NCBI GenBank assembly: GCA_963676795.2 | Contig: CAXXTB010000001.1 | Coordinates: 1,088,001 to 1,152,000, forward strand | DNA length: 64,000 nt | Reading direction: 5' to 3' | From: Geopsychrobacteraceae bacterium | GTDB lineage: Bacteria; Desulfobacterota; Desulfuromonadia; Desulfuromonadales; Geopsychrobacteraceae | In this document: in pieces, positions 50,125 through 60,103 of the stretch | Numbering within the stretch: position 1 is the stretch's first letter | Layout of the letters: each line of letters opens with the position of its first letter | Made by a program: the position numbers and the translations under genes | Notes under the pieces: generated by a model | Database searches by the model: none | What the model was told of the DNA's origin: nothing | What the model saw: only the letters and a program-made list of their open reading frames with translations

Positions 50125-52215
50125 TCAGACCTCCTCAGGGTGCAGAAAGGCACCGGGGCGTAAAGTTGCAACCGAATCGGCTTTCAAGGTCAGGGCTCCG
50201 ACCGGGCAGTAGGCTGCCAGGCGCGGCAGTTCCTCGAAGTTGATCAGAGCCAGCCGTTTATCGAGGGCCGGTTTGACCCGCGCATCAAAGCCGCGGCCGA
50301 AGAAGCCGACGCAGGGGCTCTGCAGGATTTCATCACAGGCCCTGACACAGCAGCCGCACTGGATACATTTATGCTCTTCGTAGACCAGCAGTTCATGGGA
50401 ATCGTCACGCAGGTACTTGCGTTTGTCGCCGGCGAAACGCGTGCCGGTTGCGCCATAGTCGGTCGCATAGTTACGTAAGGCGCACTCGTGGGCATCGCGA
50501 CAGCCGCACTCCATGCAACGGGCCGCTTCAGCCCTGGCCTGCTCGTCGGTGAAGCCGGTTTCAACCTCTTCAAAGCTGCGGGCCCGTGTTTCGGCCGGCA
50601 GTCTCGGCATCGTGACTCTGCTTTGCTGGCCGAAAGGTGCCGTGACTTCTGGCGGGATCTCACTCAGTTCACCCATGCTGTGGGTATAGCCGAGCGGATC
50701 ACCGACGATTTTTTCACCGAGCAGGTACTGGTGGATGGCAAATGCACCACGGCGGCCAGCCGCGACCGCGTTGACGGCAATATCGGCACCGGTGACGCAG
50801 TCGCCGCCGGCAAAGACCCCGTTGAGAAGGGTCTGGCCGGTTTTCTCGTCAGCCTTGAGGGAGCCCCAGGGGGTCAGTTCCACTCCCGAGATCATCGATG
50901 AATCGACGTTCTGGCCGATCGCCGCGATGATCTCATCGACCTCCAGTGAAAATTCAGAATCCATGATCGGTACCGGGCTGCGCCGCCCCGAAGCGTCCGG
51001 TTCACCCAGCTCCATACGCTGGCAGGTCAGCTTGAGGCGCCCGCCATTGGCTTCTATGGCGAGCGGGGCAGCCATCGTCTCGAGCTTGACCCCTTCATGC
51101 AGGGCGTCTTCGATCTCTTCGTCCCAGGCCGGCATCTGCTCCCTGGAACGCCGGTAGAGGATGGTCACCGATTCAGCTCCGAGACGCAGTGCGGTGCGAG
51201 CCGCGTCGATAGCGGTATTTCCACCGCCGACGACGATCACCTCGCGGCCGATCGGCAGATTTTCATCGCGTGATACGGCGGCGAGAAAATCGATACCGCT
51301 GCGCACACCCGACAGATCTTCACCCGGGGTGCGCATACTGGAGGCCTGCTGAGCACCGATACCGAGGAATACGGCGTCATAGTCCGCACGCAGCTGATCG
51401 AGGGAAATATCTTTGCCGAGCGTCGTGTTATAGCGGAAGCTGGCTCCCATCTGTTCGATGACAGCGGTTTCCCGGTCGATGACGTTGCGCGGCAGGCGAT
51501 AGGAGGGGATGCCGTAGCGGATCATTCCGCCCGGAGCCTCATGGGAATCGTAGACTGTACAGTCGACGCCGAACATCTGCAGGTAGTAGGCGGCCGACAG
51601 GCCGGCCGGACCGGCTCCGACCACCGCGACCTTCTTGCCGATCGACGGTTGCTGTTTGGGCGTCATGTCCCAGCCCTGCTCGGCGGCCAGGTCGGCTGGA
51701 AAACGTTTGAGCTGGCAGATGGCGACCGGCTGTTCGATCAGTTGCCTGCGGCAGGCCTCTTCGCAAGGGCGGGTACAGACCCGTCCCAGACAGCCGGCCA
51801 GCGGCATGTTGTTGACGATCAGTTCGAGAGCGTCACGGTGACGGCCGCCTGCGATATGGTTGACGAAGCCGGGGATGTCGATACCGGCCGGGCAGGTGGT
51901 CATGCAGGGGCCGAGGCAGTCGCCGACATGGTCCGAAAGGAGCAGGTCGAGGCAGGTCTTGCGGGCCTTCTGGACCCTGTCGTTTTCGGTATTGACAACC
52001 ATCCCCGCAGCGATCTCCGTTGAACAGGAGGGGACCAGGGAGCGGCGCCCTTCCACCTCGACGGCACAGACAAAGCAGGAGGCGAAAGGTTTCAGGTCTT
52101 CGCGGTGGCAGAAGGTCGGAATGCTGTATCCTGCCCGGGTCGCCGCGTCGAGAATGGTCTCGCCTTGTTGCGCCGTGCAGGGCTTTCCGTTTAAGGTAAA
52201 TTGAACATCACTCAT
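50125..52215 (-). CDS. Fe-S flavoprotein: NuoG-like [2Fe-2S] + GltD-like FAD/NAD(P)H domain + C-terminal Fe-S (StnC/SfrB-like)
   Basis: IPTFC..SCFVCAVE..PSC, CPAGIDIP, GRVCTRPCE..CRR, VGAGPAG, GGGNTAID, YRRS, CMECGC, KCIQCGCCVRAC; no Mo-cofactor or H-cluster domain. Confidence 0.85.
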   Translation of the reverse strand: MSDVQFTLNGKPCTAQQGETILDAATRAGYSIPTFCHREDLKPFASCFVCAVEVEGRRSLVPSCSTEIAAGMVVNTENDRVQKARKTCLDLLLSDHVGDCLGPCMTTCPAGIDIPGFVNHIAGGRHRDALELIVNNMPLAGCLGRVCTRPCEEACRRQLIEQPVAICQLKRFPADLAAEQGWDMTPKQQPSIGKKVAVVGAGPAGLSAAYYLQMFGVDCTVYDSHEAPGGMIRYGIPSYRLPRNVIDRETAVIEQMGASFRYNTTLGKDISLDQLRADYDAVFLGIGAQQASSMRTPGEDLSGVRSGIDFLAAVSRDENLPIGREVIVVGGGNTAIDAARTALRLGAESVTILYRRSREQMPAWDEEIEDALHEGVKLETMAAPLAIEANGGRLKLTCQRMELGEPDASGRRSPVPIMDSEFSLEVDEIIAAIGQNVDSSMISGVELTPWGSLKADEKTGQTLLNGVFAGGDCVTGADIAVNAVAAGRRGAFAIHQYLLGEKIVGDPLGYTHSMGELSEIPPEVTAPFGQQSRVTMPRLPAETRARSFEEVETGFTDEQARAEAARCMECGCRDAHECALRNYATDYGATGTRFAGDKRKYLRDDSHELLVYEEHKCIQCGCCVRACDEILQSPCVGFFGRGFDARVKPALDKRLALINFEELPRLAAYCPVGALTLKADSVATLRPGAFLHPEEV

Positions 52216-52217
52216 GA

Positions 52218-53975
52218 TTATATCACCCTCACAGCGTCAAAATTACACACATCGCGACAGACCCCACAGCGTACGCAGGTGCTAAGGTCGATGACATGCT
52301 GGCCTTTACGTTCTCCGGAAATGGCAGCCACCGGGCATTTTGCGGCACAGACCGTACAGCCGGTACAGGCGTCGCTGATCTCATAGCCGCACAGGCTGGT
52401 ACATTTGCCGGCTCGGCATTTCTTGTCATGGATGTGTTCTTCGTATTCTTCGCGGAAATATTTGAGCGTGGTCAGCACCGGGTTCGGAGCGGTCTGGCCC
52501 AGGCCGCACAGGCTGGTATCCTTGATCTGGGCCGCCAGCTCTTCAAGCTGATCGATATCCTCCGCGACCCCATGGCCGTCACAGATGCGGGTCAGGATCT
52601 CCAGCATGCGTCGGGTACCGATCCGGCAGAAAGTGCACTTGCCACAGGATTCAAGCTGGGTGAAATCGAGGAAGTAACGGGCCACGTCGACCATGCAGGT
52701 GGTTTCATCGAGCACGATCATCCCGCCGGAACCCATGATGGCGCCGGTGCGGCTGACCTCGTCATAGTCGATGCGGGTATCAAGGAGCTCTTCCGGAATG
52801 CAGCCACCTGAGGGGCCGCCCATCTGCACCGCTTTGATCCTGCGCTGGGTTCCGGTGCCGCCGCCGATCCCCTCGACGATCTCGCGGATGGTGATTCCCA
52901 TCGGTACCTCGACCAGCCCGCCGCGCTTGATCTTGCCCGCCAGGGCAAAGACCTTGGTTCCTTTCGATTTTTCCGTGCCGATGGCGGCATAGTTGTCGGC
53001 CCCGTTGCGGATGATCCAGGGCACGCTGGCCAGGGTTTCGACGTTGTTGATCGTTGTCGGTTTACCGAACAGCCCGGATTGGGCCGGGAATGGCGGGCGC
53101 AGCCGCGGCATGCCGCGTTCCCCTTCGACTGAAGCCATCAGGGCCGTCTCTTCGCCACAGACGAAGGCGCCGGCCCCTTCCTTGACATGGAGGTGGAGGG
53201 AAAAGCTGCTGTCAAAGATATTTGAACCGAGGTAGCCTCGCTCTTCAGCCTGAATGATGGCGGTATTGAGGCGGGCGACGGCCAGCGGATATTCCGCCCG
53301 GCAGTAGATATAGCCCTCATTCGCGCCAGTGGCAAAGGCCTGGATCGCCATCCCTTCCAGGACCGCATGCGGATCGCTCTCGAGGGTGCTGCGATCCATG
53401 AAGGCGCCCGGATCCCCTTCGTCGGCATTGCAGATGACGTACTTGCTGTCGCGTTGTTCGGTCAGGGCGAACTTCCACTTCATCCCGGTCGGAAAGCCTG
53501 CACCGCCACGGCCCCGTAGCCCGGAGGCCAGCACCTCATCACAGACCGCCTGCGGGTCGTTCTGTTCCAGCACCTTCTTCAGCGCCTGGTAGCCATCCCG
53601 GGCCAGGTAGTCATCGATACTTTCAGGGTTGATACAGCCGCAGTTGCCAAGCACGATGCGCTGTTGCTTCTCCATCAGGGCGGCCCCGTCCCCTTTCGTG
53701 GCGTCGAACAGCCAAGGGCTGACCGGGTTGCCGTCACGCAGGTGGTCAGCAACGATCTTTTCCATCTTGGCCGGGTTGAGACTGTGATAGAGGAAGACCT
53801 TGCCATCGGCATCGGTGATCTGAACCTGCGGCTCGGCATGGCACATCCCCAGGCAGCCCATGATCTCGATATCCACGCCCAGGTCGGCCCGTTCAAGGAT
53901 GTCGTAGAGCGCCCGGGAACCGGCGGCCATGTTACAACTGCTCATGCCGACTGAGATTTTCAGCGGTTTAATCAT
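52218..53975 (-). CDS. NuoF/HydB-like NADH- and FMN-binding subunit with N-terminal thioredoxin-like and C-terminal 2x[4Fe-4S] domains
   Basis: GLRGRGGAGFPTG, NADEGDPGAFMDR, GAFVCGEETAL, GGPSGG, SCGKCTFCRIG, two CxxCxxC. Confidence 0.93.
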   Translation of the reverse strand: MIKPLKISVGMSSCNMAAGSRALYDILERADLGVDIEIMGCLGMCHAEPQVQITDADGKVFLYHSLNPAKMEKIVADHLRDGNPVSPWLFDATKGDGAALMEKQQRIVLGNCGCINPESIDDYLARDGYQALKKVLEQNDPQAVCDEVLASGLRGRGGAGFPTGMKWKFALTEQRDSKYVICNADEGDPGAFMDRSTLESDPHAVLEGMAIQAFATGANEGYIYCRAEYPLAVARLNTAIIQAEERGYLGSNIFDSSFSLHLHVKEGAGAFVCGEETALMASVEGERGMPRLRPPFPAQSGLFGKPTTINNVETLASVPWIIRNGADNYAAIGTEKSKGTKVFALAGKIKRGGLVEVPMGITIREIVEGIGGGTGTQRRIKAVQMGGPSGGCIPEELLDTRIDYDEVSRTGAIMGSGGMIVLDETTCMVDVARYFLDFTQLESCGKCTFCRIGTRRMLEILTRICDGHGVAEDIDQLEELAAQIKDTSLCGLGQTAPNPVLTTLKYFREEYEEHIHDKKCRAGKCTSLCGYEISDACTGCTVCAAKCPVAAISGERKGQHVIDLSTCVRCGVCRDVCNFDAVRVI

Positions 53976-54450
53976 CGCTTCCTCCCTGCAGACGATTGAT
54001 CAGTTCGCCGGCCGCGGTCCGGTCGACGTGGGCACTGATCTCATCGTTGACCGCAACCACCGGGGCCAGAGAACAGCAGCCGAGGCAAGCGACCGATTCG
54101 AGGGTGTACTTGCCGTCCGGGGTGGTTTCTCCGTCCGCGATGTTGAGCCATTTTTCGATGGTTTCAGTGACCCCTTCGGCACCCGCGACGTGGCAGGCGG
54201 TGCCGTGGCAGACCTTGATGATGGTCTCGCCGACCGGTTGCAGACGAAATTGCGAGTAGAAGGTGGCGACCCCGTAGAGCCGGGTTTCGGTCATCTCGGT
54301 GCGGGCGGCAATCCGTTCGATCGCTTCAAGCGGAATGTAGCGGAATTCATTTTGCACAGCCTGGAGCAGTGGTATTGCCTTGTCCGGTCCGGAACCGATA
54401 CGGGCAATGATGGCATCCACCTGCTGCTGAATGTTACAGGAACAGCTCAT
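53968..54450 (-). CDS. NuoE/HydC-like [2Fe-2S] subunit
   Basis: VATFYSQF, VCHGTACHV, CLGCCSLAP. Confidence 0.93.
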   Translation of the reverse strand: MSCSCNIQQQVDAIIARIGSGPDKAIPLLQAVQNEFRYIPLEAIERIAARTEMTETRLYGVATFYSQFRLQPVGETIIKVCHGTACHVAGAEGVTETIEKWLNIADGETTPDGKYTLESVACLGCCSLAPVVAVNDEISAHVDRTAAGELINRLQGGSDD

Positions 54451-55207
54451 AGTACCCCCAAAAGCAGAGAATTAAACAATGGACTTCGAAGCGACCCCAT
54501 TCAGGGCCAATATAAAAGACTAGTGACTCATAAAAGGCTATGACGGATGAATGATGGACTCGTGCAGAGCCTGCAGCAGATTCCATAAATGCGAAAAATC
54601 AGAGGATGAATTTTAAGCATTTCAGCCCCGGGAACAAGGGCGCTTTCATGAGTCATACAATAGCACCCAACCTCGAGTACTGCAGTGTGACAGCAGCAGC
54701 GGGCACATAATAAAATAACAGATCACAGAGGTCTATCAATGTGGCAGCATGTGGCTATGACCTCTGATCGCTTCTCTTGGCGAGAAACGTCACGCCTCCC
54801 CTTGTAGGATAGGCTTAATCTTAGTGTCAATCAAAAAGCCGCTGACCTGCTTGCGCTATCTGATGCAGATTTTGGATCAACGAAAAATAATGTATGAATA
54901 TTATCATATTTGAATCTTTCTTCAACTTCGGATTCGTTCATGGGCCAACATGTTGCGTATAAGGAATAAAGGGCTGAAAAGCTCAGTTATCCCTCTGGCC
55001 GTTTTGCTCTCATCCGGAATCGAGCGAAAGCGGATTTAGGCAAGACAACACCCTATTGCAAACATTATGGTGAAATAGTAGGTGAGAAACAGATCTTTGT
55101 GAAATGACTTATTTTAATAGAAGTATCAAAAAAAGTGATGGTCATGCTGCTGTTTTGTCGATCTGGAACAGCTGCAATGACGGGTGAAGCGTACTCCCGA
55201 TCCCTGT

Positions 55208-56119
55208 TCAGTTCTGATCGGGAGCCGCTTCATAGTGTAACAGGTGCTCCCTAAGGATTGACTTGAAGCTTTCGACCATATTTTTGGGATAGGGGGTCGC
55301 GCGGGTGACAATCCCGGCCGATGATTCCCAGAAGGTTCCTTCATGCTGAACGGGGACCAGGTCGAATTTGGCGGCATCGGCCAGCATCGGATGCGGGAGG
55401 TGGGCGAGAAACTGACCGGCCTGAACGATCTTCATCATCGCCAGGCTGTGGGTTTCGACGGCCAGGGTCGGCGGCTCCAGACCGTTGGCCCTGAAGTAGG
55501 CGCCGATCCGGGCAAAGCCGACGTTGTCACGGGCCAGAACGACCCAGGAGTAGGCCGCCATGTCTTGGGCACGAACCCGCTGTTTTTGGGCCAGGGGGTG
55601 CCCCGCAGCAGCAACCACCGCATGCCTGATCTGGATCAGGGTCTCGCTGTGAATTTCCGGATGAGATGGGAAGTCGAGGGTGCTGCAGGCCAGGTCGATA
55701 TCGCCTTCGAGCAGGGCTGGAATGATGGTGTCGATAACCCCGAGGTCGAGATAGATTTTGACCCCCGGATACTGCTGGTTGAATTTGGAGATGACCGGCG
55801 GCAGGATGGTACTGACCCAGACTGGCCCGGCTGCGATGCGCAAGGTTCCGGCAATCCCTTCCTGCATGGCGCTGATCTCGGCGAGGGCATGCTGATATTC
55901 AACATCCATCAACCGCGCCCGTCGAAGCAGAATTTTCCCTTCGCCCGTCAGCAGGACCCCCTTCTGATGCCGTTCGAACAGAGGTGCTCCGATGCTGACT
56001 TCCAGCTGTTTGATACTTTTGCTCAGTGCCGGCTGGCTGATATGTAAAACTTCTGCAGCAGCGGTCAGGTTGCGATGTTCGGCAACAGCGAGAAAATGGC
56101 GTAAGATGCGTGATTGCAT
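55208..56119 (-). CDS. LysR-family transcriptional regulator
   Basis: LTAAAEVLHISQPALSKSIKQLE...LFER HTH; divergent from pntA. Confidence 0.95.
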   Translation of the reverse strand: MQSRILRHFLAVAEHRNLTAAAEVLHISQPALSKSIKQLEVSIGAPLFERHQKGVLLTGEGKILLRRARLMDVEYQHALAEISAMQEGIAGTLRIAAGPVWVSTILPPVISKFNQQYPGVKIYLDLGVIDTIIPALLEGDIDLACSTLDFPSHPEIHSETLIQIRHAVVAAAGHPLAQKQRVRAQDMAAYSWVVLARDNVGFARIGAYFRANGLEPPTLAVETHSLAMMKIVQAGQFLAHLPHPMLADAAKFDLVPVQHEGTFWESSAGIVTRATPYPKNMVESFKSILREHLLHYEAAPDQN

Positions 56120-56169
56120 GATGAAACACTCCTGGCAACTGACTCTGGTGTCTGATCTGTGTTTAGTAG

Positions 56170-56186
56170 CATAACAAAAAGTTATG
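56170..56186. promoter_or_regulatory. LysR recognition site
   Basis: CATAAC-N5-GTTATG dyad containing T-N11-A, 50 bp upstream of the LysR start. Confidence 0.65.
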
Positions 56187-56399
56187 GTTTTGAGGTAAAC
56201 ATCTATTTGCTGCTCTCTGAATATCCGGATACATTGACTGTTGTGAGATTTTATAGTGGGCTCTAAATGAGATCGGATATTTTTTAGAGGGCATTTTGCC
56301 GTCTGGTCCCATTTCGGCTTATCATAGGTCTAGCGACGACAGGGATAATTCCCTTGAGATTCGCGATCCGATCCCAACTGTCTGGACAAGGAGGTCTTC

Positions 56400-57974
56400 A
56401 TGCCGATGAAAATAGGGGTTCCCAGGGAACTGCAGGCTGGGGAGCAGCGTGTCGCCCTGACGCCCGATACTGCAGAAAAATTACAGAAACTTGGATTCGC
56501 AGTCGCTGTAGAGTCCGGGGCAGGTAGCGCGGCCAGTTTTACCGATCAGGCCTACAGTGCTGCCGGAGTCGAAATCTTAGCGGACGCGAGGGCGCTGTGG
56601 GGAAACTGCGATATTGTCATGAAGGTCAACGCCCCGCTGATCGATTCACAAAGCGGTGAATTCGAGGCGGATTGGCTCAAAGAGGGGGGGACCCTGATCT
56701 CTTTTGTCTGGCCGGCCCAGAACGAGGATCTGATGCAGCGTCTGGCCGCGCGCAATATCAATGTCATGGCCATGGACTCTGTTCCGCGGATCTCCCGGGC
56801 CCAGGCTCTGGATGCCTTAAGTTCGATGGCCAACATCTCCGGTTATCGCGCAGTCATCGAGGCGGCCCATCACTTCGGGCGCTTTTTCACCGGTCAGATC
56901 ACCGCCGCCGGCAAGGTTCCGCCTGCAAAGGTGATGGTCATCGGCGCCGGGGTGGCCGGGCTGGCGGCCATCGGTGCCGCGGGCAGCCTGGGGGCTGAAG
57001 TCCGGGCATTCGATACCCGTCCCGAGGTGGCCGAGCAGATCGAGTCGATGGGCGCGAGCTTCCTGACGCTCGATTTCGAGGAGGAGGCCGGTGTCGGCGA
57101 CGGCTACGCGAAGGTGATGTCCGAGGCCTTCATCCGGGCCGAGATGGAACTGTTCGCCCGCCAGGCTAAAGAGGTTGATATCATCATCACCACGGCAGCG
57201 ATTCCAGGCAAGCCCGCCCCGCGGCTGATTATGGCCGATATGGTCCGGTCGATGAAGCCCGGCAGCGTCATCGTCGATCTGGCGGCGGCGACCGGTGGCA
57301 ACTGTGAGCTGACCCGGGCGGGAGAGGTGGTTGTCGATAGCGATGTCACCATCATCGGTTACACCGATCTGGCCTCACGCCTGCCGACCCAGTCGAGCCA
57401 GCTCTACGGCACCAACCTGGTCAACCTGCTTAAATTGCTCTGCCCGGGCAAGGACGGCCAGATCGACATCAATTTTGACGATGAGGTGATTCGCGGGGTG
57501 ACCGTTGTCAAAGCCGGAGAAATCACCTGGCCGGCGCCGCCGATCAAGGTCTCGGTCCAGCCTGCCGCGGCACCGGCCGGCGAACCTGTCGCTGTCGTCA
57601 GCAAGCCACCCAAACCCTGGCTCAAGCCGCTTCTGGCAGTCGTTGCCGCTCTGGTCTTTGCCTGGATCGCCCATGTTTCCCCACCCGACTTCCTCGGTCA
57701 CTTCACGGTCTTTGTCCTGGCCTGTGTGGTCGGTTATTACGTCATCTGGAATGTCACCCATGCTCTGCACACCCCGCTGATGAGCGTCACCAACGCCATC
57801 TCCGGGATCATCGTGGTCGGTGGTCTGGTCCAGATGGGCTCGAACAATCCAATTATCATTGTTCTTTCGTCGATCGCCGTTTTGATCGCAACCATCAATA
57901 TCGTCGGTGGGTTTACCGTGACCCAGCGCATGCTCAAGATGTTCCAGAAGGATGACCAGGGAGGCAAAGCATGA
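56400..57974 (+). CDS. pntA: Membrane NAD(P) transhydrogenase alpha subunit (unsplit)
   Basis: [45 protein letters not shown]. Confidence 0.97.
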   Translation: MPMKIGVPRELQAGEQRVALTPDTAEKLQKLGFAVAVESGAGSAASFTDQAYSAAGVEILADARALWGNCDIVMKVNAPLIDSQSGEFEADWLKEGGTLISFVWPAQNEDLMQRLAARNINVMAMDSVPRISRAQALDALSSMANISGYRAVIEAAHHFGRFFTGQITAAGKVPPAKVMVIGAGVAGLAAIGAAGSLGAEVRAFDTRPEVAEQIESMGASFLTLDFEEEAGVGDGYAKVMSEAFIRAEMELFARQAKEVDIIITTAAIPGKPAPRLIMADMVRSMKPGSVIVDLAAATGGNCELTRAGEVVVDSDVTIIGYTDLASRLPTQSSQLYGTNLVNLLKLLCPGKDGQIDINFDDEVIRGVTVVKAGEITWPAPPIKVSVQPAAAPAGEPVAVVSKPPKPWLKPLLAVVAALVFAWIAHVSPPDFLGHFTVFVLACVVGYYVIWNVTHALHTPLMSVTNAISGIIVVGGLVQMGSNNPIIIVLSSIAVLIATINIVGGFTVTQRMLKMFQKDDQGGKA

Positions 57975-59479
57975 TGATTTCCAGTGGATTACTGACCGCT
58001 TCCTATGTTGTTGCCGGCTTGCTGTTTATCCTCTCCCTGGCCGGTTTGAGTCGCCAGGAGAGCGCCCGGCGCGGCAATCTCTACGGCATCCTGGGGATGT
58101 TCATCGCCATGCTGCTCGTTCTGCTCAACCTGTTTTCCCATGGTTTCGGCAGTTTTGGCGCTGGCGGGATCAGTGCCCTGTGGTTACTTGTTCCGGCGCT
58201 GATCATCGGTGCCGCCATCGGTGTCCGCCTGGCCCTTAAGGTCGAGATGACCGGTATGCCGGAACTGGTCGCCATGCTCCACAGTTTCGTCGGCATGGCG
58301 GCGGTGCTGGTCGGTTTCTCCAGCGCCTTTGAGCTGAAGGAAAAGATCGCCCATCACTGCAGTCTGGCCGGCAAGGCCGATTCCGTTGTCGCCGCTCTGG
58401 GAGGCAAGGCGGATGCACTGGCTCTCTGTATCCATGAACAGCTCGGCAGCAGCGAAAGCATCATCCATAATGTCGAGATCTTCCTTGGTATCTTCATCGG
58501 TGCGGTCACCTTCAGCGGTTCGGTGGTCGCCTTTGCCAAGTTGCGCGGGGTCATGAGCAGCGCGCCGCTGGTCCTGCCGGCCAAGCATCTGCTCAATATC
58601 GTCATGGTCATCGCATCGATCGCTCTGGGGATCTACTACATGCAGTGCGGAAGCATCGGCGCCCTGTTCATCATGACTCTGATCGCCTTTGTCTTCGGTT
58701 ATCACCTGGTCGCCTCGATCGGCGGGGCCGATATGCCGGTTGTCGTGTCGATGCTTAACTCCTACTCGGGGTGGGCGGCAGCTGCAGCTGGTTTCATGCT
58801 TTCCAACGATCTGCTGATCATCACCGGTGCCCTGGTCGGCAGCTCCGGTGCGATCCTCTCCTACATCATGTGTAAAGCGATGAACCGTTCCTTTGTCAGC
58901 GTCATCCTCGGCGGCTTCGGGACCGCCGGTGGGACTATGGCCGAAGGGGAGATGGGCGAGTATTTCGAGACGAGCGCCGAGGAGCTGGCGGACAATTTAA
59001 GTTCGGCTTCAAGTGTCATCATCGCCCCCGGTTACGGTATGGCGGTGGCGCAGGCTCAGTACCCGGTTGCAGACATCACCAAGAAGCTTCGGGCCAAGGG
59101 GATCGAGGTGCGTTTCGCCATCCACCCGGTCGCCGGTCGTCTGCCAGGGCACATGAATGTTCTGCTCGCCGAGGCCAAGGTGCCCTACGATATCGTTCTT
59201 GAGATGGATGAGATCAATGAGGACTTCAAAGAGACCGATATCGTTCTGGTGATCGGTGCCAACGATACGGTCAACCCGGCTGCCAAGGAACCGGGCAGCC
59301 CGATCGCCGGAATGCCGGTCCTCGAAGTGTGGAACGCCAGACAGGTCGTGGTCTTCAAGCGCTCGATGGCGACCGGTTATGCCGGGGTGCAGAATCCACT
59401 GTTCTTCAAGGAGAACACTAAAATGCTCTTCGGAGACGCCAAGGCCAGTGTCGATGCGATTCTCAAGGCACTCGACTGA
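57971..59479 (+). CDS. pntB: Membrane NAD(P) transhydrogenase beta subunit
   Basis: [51 protein letters not shown]. Confidence 0.97.
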   Translation: MMISSGLLTASYVVAGLLFILSLAGLSRQESARRGNLYGILGMFIAMLLVLLNLFSHGFGSFGAGGISALWLLVPALIIGAAIGVRLALKVEMTGMPELVAMLHSFVGMAAVLVGFSSAFELKEKIAHHCSLAGKADSVVAALGGKADALALCIHEQLGSSESIIHNVEIFLGIFIGAVTFSGSVVAFAKLRGVMSSAPLVLPAKHLLNIVMVIASIALGIYYMQCGSIGALFIMTLIAFVFGYHLVASIGGADMPVVVSMLNSYSGWAAAAAGFMLSNDLLIITGALVGSSGAILSYIMCKAMNRSFVSVILGGFGTAGGTMAEGEMGEYFETSAEELADNLSSASSVIIAPGYGMAVAQAQYPVADITKKLRAKGIEVRFAIHPVAGRLPGHMNVLLAEAKVPYDIVLEMDEINEDFKETDIVLVIGANDTVNPAAKEPGSPIAGMPVLEVWNARQVVVFKRSMATGYAGVQNPLFFKENTKMLFGDAKASVDAILKALD

Positions 59480-59507
59480 CCGGAGCTTTTTTCATTGATC
59501 AAAAATC

Positions 59508-59970
59508 CGGGTGTGCCCGTTTGAGGAGCTTGCTCCTCAAACGGTTTATTTTCAAAATTCATCATGCCGTGAACCGGCATTGAGATTGCGCGAATTCAAG
59601 ATGCGAAGCATCTTGTTTGAGCGTGAGGCGAGCTGCTGCCCAAAGGCTACGAAGATCACCAGGTACAAATTACGCCAGTGCTTTTTTTAAAGAGTTTTTT
59701 TGCATACTTATTTGACGATTCAAAAAAGTATGTCGCCAGCCGGTGCGAGAACCGGCGGTTTTGATGTTCTGCATTTCAACAGTCTAAAATCAAAACCTCG
59801 GGGTCGCGGCCCCGAACGCCGCCATACTTTTTGGCCAGAGCCCCAAAAAGTACGCAAAAATGGCTCTTTAATATGTCGCTTTTGAGCCTGCGTCGCTGCG
59901 TAGGATCATACCAGCAACTGACCTCGCGCCCGACGATGAGCTTTGCTCATCTGATGGGCAGAACCGAATT
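59508..59970 (+). repeat. Palindromic multi-hairpin intergenic repeat, copy 3
   Basis: Shares TGTCGCC.GCCGGTGCGAGAACCGG with copy 1 and the CCAGCAACTGAC...GGGCAGAACCG end with copies 1 and 2; terminal hairpin module present inverted at both ends. Confidence 0.88.
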
Positions 59971-60103
59971 ATTTTATTGGATACGGGGAAAAAGGTTCCG
60001 GCCGCCTTTGCAGGCGGCCGGAGGTGTTACGGATGGCTGTTTTCTTGTTCTTGTGTTGCGACTGCACTTACGAGGAGGGAGGAAGAGCAGTTTCTTGCGG
60101 CTA

